Source of the DNA: Candidatus Binatia bacterium
GTDB lineage: Bacteria > Desulfobacterota > Binatia > HRBIN30
NCBI GenBank assembly: GCA_036382395.1
Contig: DASVHW010000043.1
Coordinates: 7,678-71,677 of the forward strand
DNA length: 64,000 nt
Direction of reading: 5' to 3'
In this document: positions 1 through 9,738 of the stretch, one piece after another
How positions within the stretch are numbered: position 1 is the first letter of the stretch
Layout of the letters: the number at the start of each line of letters is the position of its first letter
The notes under the pieces: generated by a model
What the model saw: only the letters and a program-made list of their open reading frames with translations
What the model was told of the DNA's origin: nothing
The model's database searches: none
Translations under genes and position numbers: made by a program

Positions 1-178
1 ACGCGTGATCTTTGGAGCACCGGCGGCAGTGCAGATCTTCTGGCCGGGAAACCGCGCGTTCCTACCGGCGGCCCTGGGCGAATGCCTCATCGTCACGGCA
101 AAAAAATCAGGATGACGCTGCCCACCAGCCCTCGACACGAACGCCGCTACGATCTATGAGGTTGGAGGCTTTCGATCC

Positions 179-3100
179 GTGATGAAATTCCTCCGTTCGT
201 TGTGGTCCAGCCCTCGCCTGTGGGTCGTCGTAATCGTCGTCTGTGCGGCGGCGGTGCGGTTGATCCACATCGAGTGGGATGAGAACCACTTCTTCCACCC
301 CGACGAACGCGCGGTGGCGTTTTCGGTGCAACGGCTGTCATTCCGGCCGCTGCAGATGGATCCCGACTTCTTCGCCTACGGGTCGCTGCCCATCTACCTG
401 GCAAAAATCACCAGCAGTGCTTTGGCGCTCGTCGATCCGCATGCGGCAACCTATGACGGCGTCATCGTCAACGGGCGGCGTGTATCCGCCGTCATCGGGG
501 CGCTCACGGTTTTCCTGCTGATCATCCTGGGCAGTCGGCTGTACGACCGCAGCGTCGGGCTGTTGTCGGGCGTGCTGTTGGCCGCCTGCGCCCTCCATTT
601 GCAGAACTCGCGCTTCATGACCGTGGACGTCACGCTGACGTTCGTCGTCCTGCTGGCGTTGTACCTCCTCGTGCGGGTTGCCACCGAGGGCCGGCTGACG
701 CACTTCATCCTGGCGGGCATAACCATCGGCTTGGCGACCGCCACCAAGTTCAGCGCCATGCCGCTCTTTCTGCCGCTGGGCATCGCCACCTTACGTCGCC
801 TCTGGGTGGAGCGCCGATTCTTCCCGATCGCCGCTCGCTGCGGCCTCGCGGTAGTGGCAGCGGTCTTGGCATTTGCGCTGGCCGAACCATACGCCGTGCT
901 CCGTTTCGGCCGTTTCTACCATGACATCCTGGAACAGAGCCACATGGTGCGCAATGCGGGGACGTTCCCCTACACCACCCAGTACATGGGAACGCCGAAG
1001 TACTGGTACGACCTCGAGCAGCTGATCATCTGGGGCATGGCCCCGGCACTGGGATTGGCCGCGGTGTGGGGAACCGCGACCCGGGTGGTGGCGGGATTCC
1101 GGGAGCGCCGGATCGAGGAATGGGTCCTGCTCTCGTGGGTCGTCCCGTTTTTCCTGATCACCGGCTGGTTCGAGGTGAAGTTTCCGCGTTATCTGCTGCC
1201 GATCTATCCGCTCATGATCCTCTGGGCGGCGGAGTGGCTGGTCCGCAAGTACCGGAGCGGGACACTCTTCGGCCGCCTCACCGCCCCGCTGGTGGTGGTC
1301 GGTACGCTGGCGGCGGCCAGCGCTTTCATGTCGATCTACACGCGGCCGTTCACCGAAGTCACCGCGTCGCAATGGGCCTACCGCCACATCCCATCGGGCA
1401 GCAAGATCCTCACGCAGGACTGGGACGAAGGCTTCCCGATGTCGTTGCCGCTCCCCGGAGCCCAGGCGGAACGCTACCGTGTGGTACCCTTCGGATACTA
1501 TGAGCAGCCGGACAGCTCGTCCAAGGTCCAGCGGCTCAGCCAAGAGCTGGCGAGCGCCGATTACATCGTCTTCCAGACCAAGCGACTGTACGGTGCGGTG
1601 ACTCGCGCCCCGGAGCGCTTTCCGCTGACCACCAACTACTTCTACGAGCTGTTCGCCGGCGATCTCGGCTACACGTTAGAGCAAGAAGTGGCGGCGCGGC
1701 CGGGGCTCTTCGGCTTCGAGATTCCGGACGAGTTGGCGGACGAGTCGCTCACGGTCTACGACCATCCGAAAGTCTTGATCTTTCGCAACACCGAGCGTCT
1801 GGCCGCGCCCGTCATCGCGGAGAAGATCCTGCGCGGCCTTCCTTCGCGGCCGCTGACTCGGAATGATCTCCTGCTGGCGCGTCCCAGCGGTGGCCTACCG
1901 CTGGAAACGACCGGCGCCGCGCCCCCCATTCAGTCGAGCCTTCTCGCACTGGTCTTGTTTGCGGCGCTGGTGGAGATCCTGAGTCTGGCCGCCTATCCGG
2001 TATTGCGTGTGTGGCTGACCGGCGTTGGCATCCTGGCGTTGAGCAAAACGCTCGGCGTACTGCTCTTTGCCTACCTTTCCTGGCTGATGATCAGCCTAGG
2101 CGCGGCCGATTTCACTCAAGGAGCGCTCAGCGCCATGGCATTCGGGCTGGCTGCCGTTGGCGCGTTGATGTGGCGGCGCACTCGCGTTCCACTGTCGCGC
2201 GGGGAGATCATCTCCACCGAGGCGCTGTTCTGGGGCGCGTTCGCCTATTTTCTTGTCGTGCGCATGTACAACCCCGAAGTCTACTGGGGCGAGAAGCCGA
2301 TGGACTTCTCTTTTCTGAACACTCTGACCCGCACGACCACGCTGCCGCCGGCGGAGCCCTGGTTCGCCGGCTCGCCCCTGCAGTACAGCTACTTCGGCCA
2401 CTACACCGTCGCCGCGTTGGGCAAGACGCTGCACCTCGATCCAGCGCTCACCTTCAATCTCGGCATTGCACTGATTGGCGGACTGACGGCGGTGGCGGCG
2501 TTTTCTGTCGGCGCGGTGGTTACGGGCCAGTGGCAAACGGGCCTGTTGGCGGCCTTCTTCGTTGCCTTGATCGGCAATCTCGCAGGCCCGCGGGAATGGT
2601 TCGCCCGCCACGCCATCGGCTTCGATTACTTTTGGGCAACATCGCGCGTCATCCGGGATACGATCAACGAGTTCCCGTTGTGGAGCTTCTTGTTCGCGGA
2701 TCTGCACGCCCACGTGCTGGTCATGCCGATCTCGTTGACGTTCCTGTGTCTCACCGTGTTGTGGGTGCGCACGCACGTGCTGCAGTCGCGCCAGCAGCGC
2801 CCCCGAGGCACGACTCTGGCGCTCCTGGTTCTGCTGTGCCTGACGTTGGGCGCCATCATGGTGACCAACACCTGGAGCACTCCCACTTACATTCTGTTCT
2901 TCGTCTTTTTGCTGGGCACACTCTGGCTCACCGAAGCGGAGCACGGAGGGTGGCTGGGCTTTCTGTTCGGCGGCATCGCCCGGGTTGGTATTCCGAGCGC
3001 CCTGCTCGTGGTTGGCGCCTATGTGCTTTTCCATCCGTACTGGAGCCACTTCGTGCGGGCAGAAGGCGCATGGTTGGGCTGGGAGCGTCTCGGGCCTGAC

Positions 3101-4957
3101 AAGCTGGTCCAGGGTTATGACTTTCTGACCGTGTTCGGTCTGTTTCTGTTCGTCCTAGTGCCCTTCGTGCTGGCGCTCTGGACGCGCAGCATCCGGCGGG
3201 GAGAGGAACCGCTCGGTGTTGGCCGGTCGTTGTTACTCATCGCCACGATCGCGCTGATACTAGTCAGCCTGGCGATCTCCACGCGGGTGTTCTCCGCCAT
3301 TCTGTTTCTGCTGACCTTACGTCCCCTGCTGGCGTTCAACACGGAACGCCGCTGGCGCATTCCGTTGACCATGGCGGCATTTGCCTTCGCCATCACCGCG
3401 GGCTGCGATCTCGTGTACGTGTGGGATCGCATGAACACCATCTTCAAGTTCTATCTGGAAGGATGGTTCTTGCTGGCCATTGCCGCTGCGGTCGCCGCCG
3501 GCGCACTCTGGAACGGCGCCGTGCGGCTGCCGTGGTTTCGGCCTATCTGGAAGGTCGCGCTCTCGCTGCTCATCGCCGTGGCGCTGTTCACTGCCGCAAC
3601 TGACACACTCGGGGTGATCCGCACCAACCGCATGCCGACCCCAAAACCGACGCTTGACGGCATGGCGTATCTCCGGGAGAAGGCCCCGTTCGAGTTGGCC
3701 GCGTTCGAGTGGTTGAACCGGCATATTCAAGGCATCCCGGTGATCTTGGAAGCGCACGGTGATTCGTACCAGGAATTCACCCGCGTCTCCATGAACACGG
3801 GCCTGCCGACGGTGCTGGGCTGGGAGTATCACGTCTTCCAGCGCGGCCACCCGCAGGCCGAAATCACTCGCCGCAAGAGCGACATCGAGTCGGTGTACAC
3901 CAGCAACAGCAAGGACAAGGTGGCGGCGTTGCTGCAACGCTATCACGTCGCCATGGTGTTCGTCGGAGCCCTGGAGCGTCGGGTGTACGCCGGTGGCAAC
4001 CTCGAGCGCTTCACGCAATGGAGCGACTTGCTGACCCCGGTGTACCGCAATCCCGGAGTCACGATCTTCGCGGTGAACGGCCGCTTTACGGGAACTATCC
4101 CGGTGACCACGATCGAGGACATTGCGCAGCCGGCGCCCGAGGAAGGAGCACCGCAGGACGCCCCCGGCAAGCTGCATCAGCCGCGCGGCGTGGCCGCGAC
4201 GCCGGAGGGCGATATCGTGGTGTGCGACTTCGGCAACAATCGTATCCAGGAGTTTGCCCGCGACTTGAGTTTCGTACGCGAATGGGGAACCCCAGGCCAG
4301 TTGCCAGGGCAGTTCAAGGAACCCTGCGGCATCGCTGTCAGTCCGAACGGTGAGGTCTTTGTTGCCGACACCTGGAATCATCGCGTGCAGGTGTTCTCCA
4401 AGGCAGGGGAGTACGTCCGCGAATGGGCAACCAGCTTCTATGGTCCACGCGGTGTGGCAGTGGACTCCACCGGGGCGGTGTTCGTGGCTGACACCGGCAA
4501 CAATCGCATCGTGCGCTTCGCTGCCGATGGACAGAAGGAGATGGAGTGGGGAGGAAAGGGATCGGAGCCGGGCCGCTTTCTCGAGCCGGTGGGGCTGACC
4601 GCCGATGCGGCCGGCACGGTCTACGTCTGCGACAACGGCAACGGCCGGCTACAGTTGTTCGGTCGCGACGGGCGTTTCGTCGGTGCCTTCCCGGTGGCCG
4701 GGTGGGAGAGCAAGGTGTATTCGGAACCCAACGTGGCTGTCGACCCGTCCGGCACGATCTGGGTGACCGTGCCGGGAGCCAAAGAGGTGCGCAACTATGA
4801 CCGGACCGGCAAGTTGTTGCGCACCATCACCGCTCAGAACACTCCCGGCGTGAGCTTCGGCATCCCCATGGGAATCACTTACCACGCCGCCGGCCATGCA
4901 ATGATCATCAGCGATCTCGATCACCGCCTGGTGCGCATCCCGCTGGCGCCACAGTGA
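179..4957 (+). CDS. Very large polytopic membrane protein (1592 aa). It has an N-terminal GT-C-type glycosyltransferase domain (PMT/ArnT, GT39-like; FHPDE motif), a second multi-TM domain (possibly DUF2298-like) and a C-terminal NHL-repeat six-bladed beta-propeller.
   Basis: Long ORF with GTG/ATG start at 179/182. Hydrophobic N-terminus with a 'FFHPDERAV' DE-type GT-C loop motif. Second TM-rich block carries 'EFPLWSFLFADLHAH'. C-terminus has repeated 'VCDFGNNRIQEF / VADTWNHRVQVF / VADTGNNRIVRF / VCDNGNGRLQLF' NHL blades. Confidence 0.65.
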   Translation: MMKFLRSLWSSPRLWVVVIVVCAAAVRLIHIEWDENHFFHPDERAVAFSVQRLSFRPLQMDPDFFAYGSLPIYLAKITSSALALVDPHAATYDGVIVNGRRVSAVIGALTVFLLIILGSRLYDRSVGLLSGVLLAACALHLQNSRFMTVDVTLTFVVLLALYLLVRVATEGRLTHFILAGITIGLATATKFSAMPLFLPLGIATLRRLWVERRFFPIAARCGLAVVAAVLAFALAEPYAVLRFGRFYHDILEQSHMVRNAGTFPYTTQYMGTPKYWYDLEQLIIWGMAPALGLAAVWGTATRVVAGFRERRIEEWVLLSWVVPFFLITGWFEVKFPRYLLPIYPLMILWAAEWLVRKYRSGTLFGRLTAPLVVVGTLAAASAFMSIYTRPFTEVTASQWAYRHIPSGSKILTQDWDEGFPMSLPLPGAQAERYRVVPFGYYEQPDSSSKVQRLSQELASADYIVFQTKRLYGAVTRAPERFPLTTNYFYELFAGDLGYTLEQEVAARPGLFGFEIPDELADESLTVYDHPKVLIFRNTERLAAPVIAEKILRGLPSRPLTRNDLLLARPSGGLPLETTGAAPPIQSSLLALVLFAALVEILSLAAYPVLRVWLTGVGILALSKTLGVLLFAYLSWLMISLGAADFTQGALSAMAFGLAAVGALMWRRTRVPLSRGEIISTEALFWGAFAYFLVVRMYNPEVYWGEKPMDFSFLNTLTRTTTLPPAEPWFAGSPLQYSYFGHYTVAALGKTLHLDPALTFNLGIALIGGLTAVAAFSVGAVVTGQWQTGLLAAFFVALIGNLAGPREWFARHAIGFDYFWATSRVIRDTINEFPLWSFLFADLHAHVLVMPISLTFLCLTVLWVRTHVLQSRQQRPRGTTLALLVLLCLTLGAIMVTNTWSTPTYILFFVFLLGTLWLTEAEHGGWLGFLFGGIARVGIPSALLVVGAYVLFHPYWSHFVRAEGAWLGWERLGPDKLVQGYDFLTVFGLFLFVLVPFVLALWTRSIRRGEEPLGVGRSLLLIATIALILVSLAISTRVFSAILFLLTLRPLLAFNTERRWRIPLTMAAFAFAITAGCDLVYVWDRMNTIFKFYLEGWFLLAIAAAVAAGALWNGAVRLPWFRPIWKVALSLLIAVALFTAATDTLGVIRTNRMPTPKPTLDGMAYLREKAPFELAAFEWLNRHIQGIPVILEAHGDSYQEFTRVSMNTGLPTVLGWEYHVFQRGHPQAEITRRKSDIESVYTSNSKDKVAALLQRYHVAMVFVGALERRVYAGGNLERFTQWSDLLTPVYRNPGVTIFAVNGRFTGTIPVTTIEDIAQPAPEEGAPQDAPGKLHQPRGVAATPEGDIVVCDFGNNRIQEFARDLSFVREWGTPGQLPGQFKEPCGIAVSPNGEVFVADTWNHRVQVFSKAGEYVREWATSFYGPRGVAVDSTGAVFVADTGNNRIVRFAADGQKEMEWGGKGSEPGRFLEPVGLTADAAGTVYVCDNGNGRLQLFGRDGRFVGAFPVAGWESKVYSEPNVAVDPSGTIWVTVPGAKEVRNYDRTGKLLRTITAQNTPGVSFGIPMGITYHAAGHAMIISDLDHRLVRIPLAPQ

Positions 4958-4972
4958 GCTGACCCGGCACCC

Positions 4973-7609
4973 ATGCACGCAACCGAGGCCACCCAGGCTC
5001 CAAGGATGCAAACGACTCATGCGCCGCTGACGTCGTCCACGCCAGTCAGGTGGCGAGGGCTGCGGATACTGCTGCTCGTGGCCGCGCTGGCGAGCGCCGC
5101 CGCAGGCCAGTATTGGCTCAGCATCCGGCACGTCGCGCTCTGGTCAGCGCCAGCATGGATGGCCGCGCTGGTCTGCTTCATCCTTCTGTACATCCTCGGA
5201 CGCGATGCTCGTGAACTCCCTTCTCCGAACGACGGTGCGGGCTCACGGTATGCGCAGTGGGGTTGGCTAGCGCTGGTGCTGGCTGTCGGCGTCTTCTTCA
5301 CCGTCTTTCGCCTCAATCAGTTCCCGCCGGGGTTGAATCACGACGCCGCCTACGAGGGCTTGTACGCCATCCGTATTCTCAACGGACTGCCCTATACGCC
5401 GTACACTCCAGAGGCCTGGGGTCGAGAAACGTTCACCTTCTATCTCCGGGCACTCAGCGTGCTGCTCCTCGGCCCGACGCGGCTGGCGGTCACGCTGCCG
5501 TCGACGGTGGCCGGCATCTTCATTCTGCCCTTCTTCTTCGTCTGGGCACGCAAGATGTTCGGCGCACGCTTCGGCCTGATGGCGACGCTCCTCCTCGGCG
5601 TCTCGGGTTGGCACCTGGTCTTCAGCCGCACCGGCTGGCGTTCCGATTTCCAGCCGCTGTTCATGACCATCACCTGTTGTTTTTTCATACGCGGCATGGA
5701 CACCGGTCGTGCGCTGGATTTCGCCCTCAGTGGAATCGGCTTGGCCGCGGCCTTGAACACCTACAACGGCGCGCGTCTCTTCCCGCTGCTTTTCCCGCTC
5801 TGGCTCGTTGCCGTCCTGCTGCAGTCCTGGCACTGGCGCGGATTCCTCCGCCAGTACTGGCACGGTCTGCTGTCCATGGCGGTGGCCTTCGGCATCGCCG
5901 TGGCGCCGTTGGCCTGGTACGCGGTACATAATTGGGAGGTCTTCCAGGGCCGGGCGCACGCGTTGGCGGGCGCCAGCACGCTGGTTGGAGCCCTCAAGGT
6001 TACGGCGCTGCTGTTCAACTACCGGGGAAATGGCGATGACTTTTTCATCGATACGCCGGCGCTTGAATACCCCGCCGCGATATTCCTGGCCTTTGGCATC
6101 TTGTGGGGCCTCGCCCGGATCCGCGACGAGCGCGTGCAGTTTGTCTTGCTGGGACTGGTGATCAACGCTGCCCCCGGCCTGGTGAGCAAGCCGAATATGA
6201 ACCGGGACATCGGCACGATGCCGTTCGTCTACTTCTTCGCCGCCTTGGGAGCCATGTTCTTCGCCACGCAGATCAGGCGGCTCATCCCTCGCGTGGGCCA
6301 TGTGCTGGCCTTGGCGTTCCTGGTGGTCGCCGGCGCTTCGGCACTGCAAGCGACGTTTGCACAGTACCTGGGTCAGCACCGGCGGGCCGTATGGGGCTAC
6401 TACCCCGAGACCACCGTGCTCGGAAACTACATCAAGACACTGGTACCGCAGTACAACATCTGGGTCGGTGGCGCGAATTTTCCGCGCGACGCCTTGACCT
6501 ATCTCTCGTACACCGGCCAAGTCGACCCGATGCAGCGCAACTACACCTGGCTGGATGATGTCACCGTGCTGTTGCAGATGAGCCCGGGGCTCGCGGCCAG
6601 CAAGGGACTGGCGTTCGTCTTGGCGACCAACGAGGAACCGAGCAGAACGGTCCTGCGCCAATTGGAGCAGCGCTATCCGCAGCACCAGGTAGTCGACGTA
6701 CGTTACCCGGAAGAGAACGGCCCGGTCTTCGCCAGGGCGCTACTGGTAAGTCCCGAGACTGCGACCGAAACGCCGGCACCAGCGACCGCCCCAAAACCCG
6801 CAGAGCCGCCGACTCCCATCGGACAAGTACATCAGCCGCGCGGGGTAGCGGCGACCGGCAATGGCCATGTCTTCGTGTGCGACTTCGGCAACAACCGCAT
6901 TCAGGAGTTCGGACGTGATCTGAACCCTGTGCGGCAATGGGGCGGCAGCGGCCAGACGCCCGGACGGTTCAACCAACCCTGTGGCGTGGCGGTGGATCCC
7001 GCTGGACAAGTCTTCGTCGCCGACACATGGAACCACCGTGTCCAGGTCTTCTCCGCGGAAGGCAATTTCGTGCGCGCGATGGCGGCGGATTTCTACGGAC
7101 CGCGCGGCATCGCGGCGGACGCGAACGGCAGCGTATTCGTCGCCGACACGGGAAACAACCGGATCGTGCGCTTGTCGGCGACCGGCCAGAAGGAGAAGGA
7201 GTGGGGCGGTAAGGGCTCAGAGCCGGGACGGTTCCTGGAGCCGGTGGGCCTGGCGGTGGACGGCACTGGGCAGGTGTACGTGTGCGACAACGGCAATGGG
7301 CGGCTGCAGACTTTTACCCGCGACGGGGAATTGCTGAGTCAGTTCCCGGTGCCGGGATGGCAAAGCGGGGTGTATTCCGAACCCTACGTGACTCTCGATC
7401 CGCGCGGCAACATTTGGGTCACGGTGCCGAGCGCAAAAGAGGTCCGCAGCTATGACCGCGCTGGGAAGTTGTTGCGTACCATCACGGGACAGGGCACCGG
7501 TGGCGTGACCTTCGACACGCCGATAGGCATCGCGTACAGCACCGCCGCGCGCGAGTTGATCGTCGCCGACCTCGCCGACCGCGTGGTGCGCATCCCGGAC
7601 AGCCGGTGA
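4973..7609 (+). CDS. Membrane glycosyltransferase (GT-C, ArnT/PMT-like) fused to a C-terminal NHL-repeat beta-propeller (878 aa). Paralog of the upstream gene.
   Basis: ATG at 4973, only 15 nt after the upstream stop. About 560 aa of multi-TM ArnT-like domain, then an NHL domain ~75% identical in protein (~80% nt) to the C-terminus of the 179..4957 product, with the same blade motifs. Confidence 0.65.
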   Translation: MHATEATQAPRMQTTHAPLTSSTPVRWRGLRILLLVAALASAAAGQYWLSIRHVALWSAPAWMAALVCFILLYILGRDARELPSPNDGAGSRYAQWGWLALVLAVGVFFTVFRLNQFPPGLNHDAAYEGLYAIRILNGLPYTPYTPEAWGRETFTFYLRALSVLLLGPTRLAVTLPSTVAGIFILPFFFVWARKMFGARFGLMATLLLGVSGWHLVFSRTGWRSDFQPLFMTITCCFFIRGMDTGRALDFALSGIGLAAALNTYNGARLFPLLFPLWLVAVLLQSWHWRGFLRQYWHGLLSMAVAFGIAVAPLAWYAVHNWEVFQGRAHALAGASTLVGALKVTALLFNYRGNGDDFFIDTPALEYPAAIFLAFGILWGLARIRDERVQFVLLGLVINAAPGLVSKPNMNRDIGTMPFVYFFAALGAMFFATQIRRLIPRVGHVLALAFLVVAGASALQATFAQYLGQHRRAVWGYYPETTVLGNYIKTLVPQYNIWVGGANFPRDALTYLSYTGQVDPMQRNYTWLDDVTVLLQMSPGLAASKGLAFVLATNEEPSRTVLRQLEQRYPQHQVVDVRYPEENGPVFARALLVSPETATETPAPATAPKPAEPPTPIGQVHQPRGVAATGNGHVFVCDFGNNRIQEFGRDLNPVRQWGGSGQTPGRFNQPCGVAVDPAGQVFVADTWNHRVQVFSAEGNFVRAMAADFYGPRGIAADANGSVFVADTGNNRIVRLSATGQKEKEWGGKGSEPGRFLEPVGLAVDGTGQVYVCDNGNGRLQTFTRDGELLSQFPVPGWQSGVYSEPYVTLDPRGNIWVTVPSAKEVRSYDRAGKLLRTITGQGTGGVTFDTPIGIAYSTAARELIVADLADRVVRIPDSR

Positions 7610-7637
7610 GCCGGAGGCGGACAGTGCGCCTCGAATC

Positions 7638-8141
7638 CTACTGCGACACCTCACTGTCGTAGGACAGCACGACGAGCACCTGACCTGCTTCGACCATATC
7701 GCCCGCCGAGACGCGTAACTCGCTGACCGTACCGGTGGCCTCGGCCACCAGGCGGTTCTCCATCTTCATCGCTTCCAGGATCAGCAAACCGTCGCCGGCC
7801 ACAATGTGCTGGCCCGGTTGCACCAGGGCTTCGAGCACTCGGCCCGGCATCGGGGCGGTGATTTCGGGAGACGCGACCGTCGCGACCCGGTGCGCCGACG
7901 CGCCACTCTCGGACACGAACTGATAGACCTCACCATCGACGGCGACCAACCGGTCCCGGCCGTTGCGCACCAAGTCGACGCGGTATTGCCGCCCGTCGAC
8001 GACGACAAAGAGCGTCGCATCATCCAGGTAGTGCGCTTCGACCACGTGCTCGGCACCATCCAGACCGACGCGATAGGCACCACCGTCGGACTGGACGTCG
8101 ACAGCGACATGGTGCTGCTTATGACGGAGCGAGATCCGCAT
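7638..8141 (-). CDS. Biotin carboxyl carrier protein (BCCP) / biotinyl-domain subunit of an acyl-CoA carboxylase.
   Basis: C-terminal biotinyl domain with the 'EAMKMEN' biotinylation motif. ATG at 8141 preceded by AAGAGG. It lies in the same reading frame as the upstream biotin carboxylase, separated only by a TAG plus 4 codons. Confidence 0.8.
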   Translation of the reverse strand: MRISLRHKQHHVAVDVQSDGGAYRVGLDGAEHVVEAHYLDDATLFVVVDGRQYRVDLVRNGRDRLVAVDGEVYQFVSESGASAHRVATVASPEITAPMPGRVLEALVQPGQHIVAGDGLLILEAMKMENRLVAEATGTVSELRVSAGDMVEAGQVLVVLSYDSEVSQ

Positions 8142-8153
8142 GGAGCCTCTTTG

Positions 8154-9647
8154 CTACCCCTGCCCCACACGCCAACTGCCAAGGGTCGTCCATGGCGAAC
8201 AGGCCGCTGAAGCTCCCGGCTGCGCCTGTGTGGATGGCCGGCTCCGGAGCAAATCGATGGCGGCGGCAATGGCGGCAATCGTCCGATGAAGCTCCCGGCC
8301 AGTCCACGAGGGGAAATGGTCGGCGATGAAATGGGTGTGCGTCTCGCCGCGAACGAACGCGGGGTGTTCCAGAACTTCGAGCAGGAAGGGAATATCGGTG
8401 GTGCAGCCGAGGATGACGTAATCCTTCAGCGCCACGAGCATCCGCCGCCGTGCCGCGTCGCGATTCTCTGCCCAGACTGACACTTTGGCGAGCAACGGGT
8501 CGTAATACATGGGCACCGCGTACCCTGCCCTGATTCCCGAATCGACGCGAATGCCCGGCCCACTCGGCTCACGCAGGTGTGCGATCGTCCCCGGGCTGGG
8601 GAGGAACTGTTGCGACGGGTCCTCGGCGCAAATCCGGCATTCGATGGCGTGTCCGCGGCTGCCAACGTCGTGCTGCCGCAACCACAGCGGTTCGCCGGCG
8701 GCGAGCCGGAGTTGCGCCTGCACGATGTCGATACCGGTGACCCACTCGGTGATGGGATGCTCGACCTGCAAGCGGGTGTTCATTTCGAGAAAATAGAAGC
8801 GCCCATCCGCATCGAGCAGGAACTCGACCGTCCCGGCGTTCCGATAGCCGGAGCAACGGGCGACCGCGACGGCGGCTTCGGTCATTTGCTGTCGGAGTGC
8901 GGGGTCAACGGCGGGCGAGGGAGTTTCTTCAATGATCTTCTGGTGGCGGCGTTGAACCGAGCACTCGCGCTCCCCGAGATGGACGACGGTGCCTGAATTG
9001 TCGGCCAGAATCTGGATCTCCACATGTCGTGGCCGTTCGAGGTAGCGCTCGAGAAACAGCCGGCCATCCCCAAACGCTCCAAGCGCCTCGCGCCCGGCAG
9101 CACTGAAGGCTGGCAGCAACTCGGTTTCATCGCGAACGATGCGCATGCCTTTGCCACCGCCGCCCGCTGCGGCCTTGATGATCAACGGGTAGCCGAGACG
9201 GCGGGCTGCTGCCACCAGCTGGGCGCTGCGCTGCGGCGGATTCTCCTCTGCCGGCACAACCGGGACACCGGCGCGCGCGACAGTCCGGCGCGCCAGGGTC
9301 TTGTCACCCATCATGGCGATCGACTCCGGGCTCGGACCGATGAACACCATACCGGCCTCTTCGACCGCTCGAGCGAAGGACGCGTTCTCCGCCAGAAAGC
9401 CGTAGCCCGGATGCACCGCATCCGCACCCGTCGTGCGGGCGGCCTCGATGATGCGTGGAATATTCAGATAGCTCTCGGCACTGGGTGGTGCGCCGACGCA
9501 GACCGCCGTATCCGCGTGCTCGACATGCGGCGCCTGCGCATCCGCCGCCGAATAGATGGCAACGGTTTCGATCCCGGTCTCGCGGCAGGCACGCATCACG
9601 CGGATGGCGATCTCGCCGCGGTTGGCAATGAGGACTCTGTGGAACAT
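8154..9647 (-). CDS. accC: Biotin carboxylase (alpha-subunit BC domain of an acetyl/propionyl/methylcrotonyl-CoA carboxylase).
   Basis: N-terminus 'MFHRVLIANRGEIAIRVMRA' and full ATP-grasp BC signature ('EMNTRLQVEHPITE'). ATG at 9647. Confidence 0.9.
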   Translation of the reverse strand: MFHRVLIANRGEIAIRVMRACRETGIETVAIYSAADAQAPHVEHADTAVCVGAPPSAESYLNIPRIIEAARTTGADAVHPGYGFLAENASFARAVEEAGMVFIGPSPESIAMMGDKTLARRTVARAGVPVVPAEENPPQRSAQLVAAARRLGYPLIIKAAAGGGGKGMRIVRDETELLPAFSAAGREALGAFGDGRLFLERYLERPRHVEIQILADNSGTVVHLGERECSVQRRHQKIIEETPSPAVDPALRQQMTEAAVAVARCSGYRNAGTVEFLLDADGRFYFLEMNTRLQVEHPITEWVTGIDIVQAQLRLAAGEPLWLRQHDVGSRGHAIECRICAEDPSQQFLPSPGTIAHLREPSGPGIRVDSGIRAGYAVPMYYDPLLAKVSVWAENRDAARRRMLVALKDYVILGCTTDIPFLLEVLEHPAFVRGETHTHFIADHFPSWTGRELHRTIAAIAAAIDLLRSRPSTQAQPGASAACSPWTTLGSWRVGQG

Positions 9648-9738
9648 GCTTGAAATAAGCTCTCAGCCCTCAGCTGTCAGCCCTTCCATATCTCTCGCCG
9701 CATTCCCTTGCTGATAGCTGACTGCTGACCGCTTCTCC

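Noticed and set aside
5267-6685. 472-aa minus-strand ORF, and similarly 791..1543, 2096..3049 and 3317..4381
   Set aside because: These are antisense to the two GT-C/NHL genes. They have Arg/Gly/Ala-rich low-complexity translations typical of reverse frames in GC-rich coding DNA.
7614-7632. Short hairpin (6-bp stem) between convergent genes
   Set aside because: The stem is too short and no U-tract follows, so I did not call a terminator.
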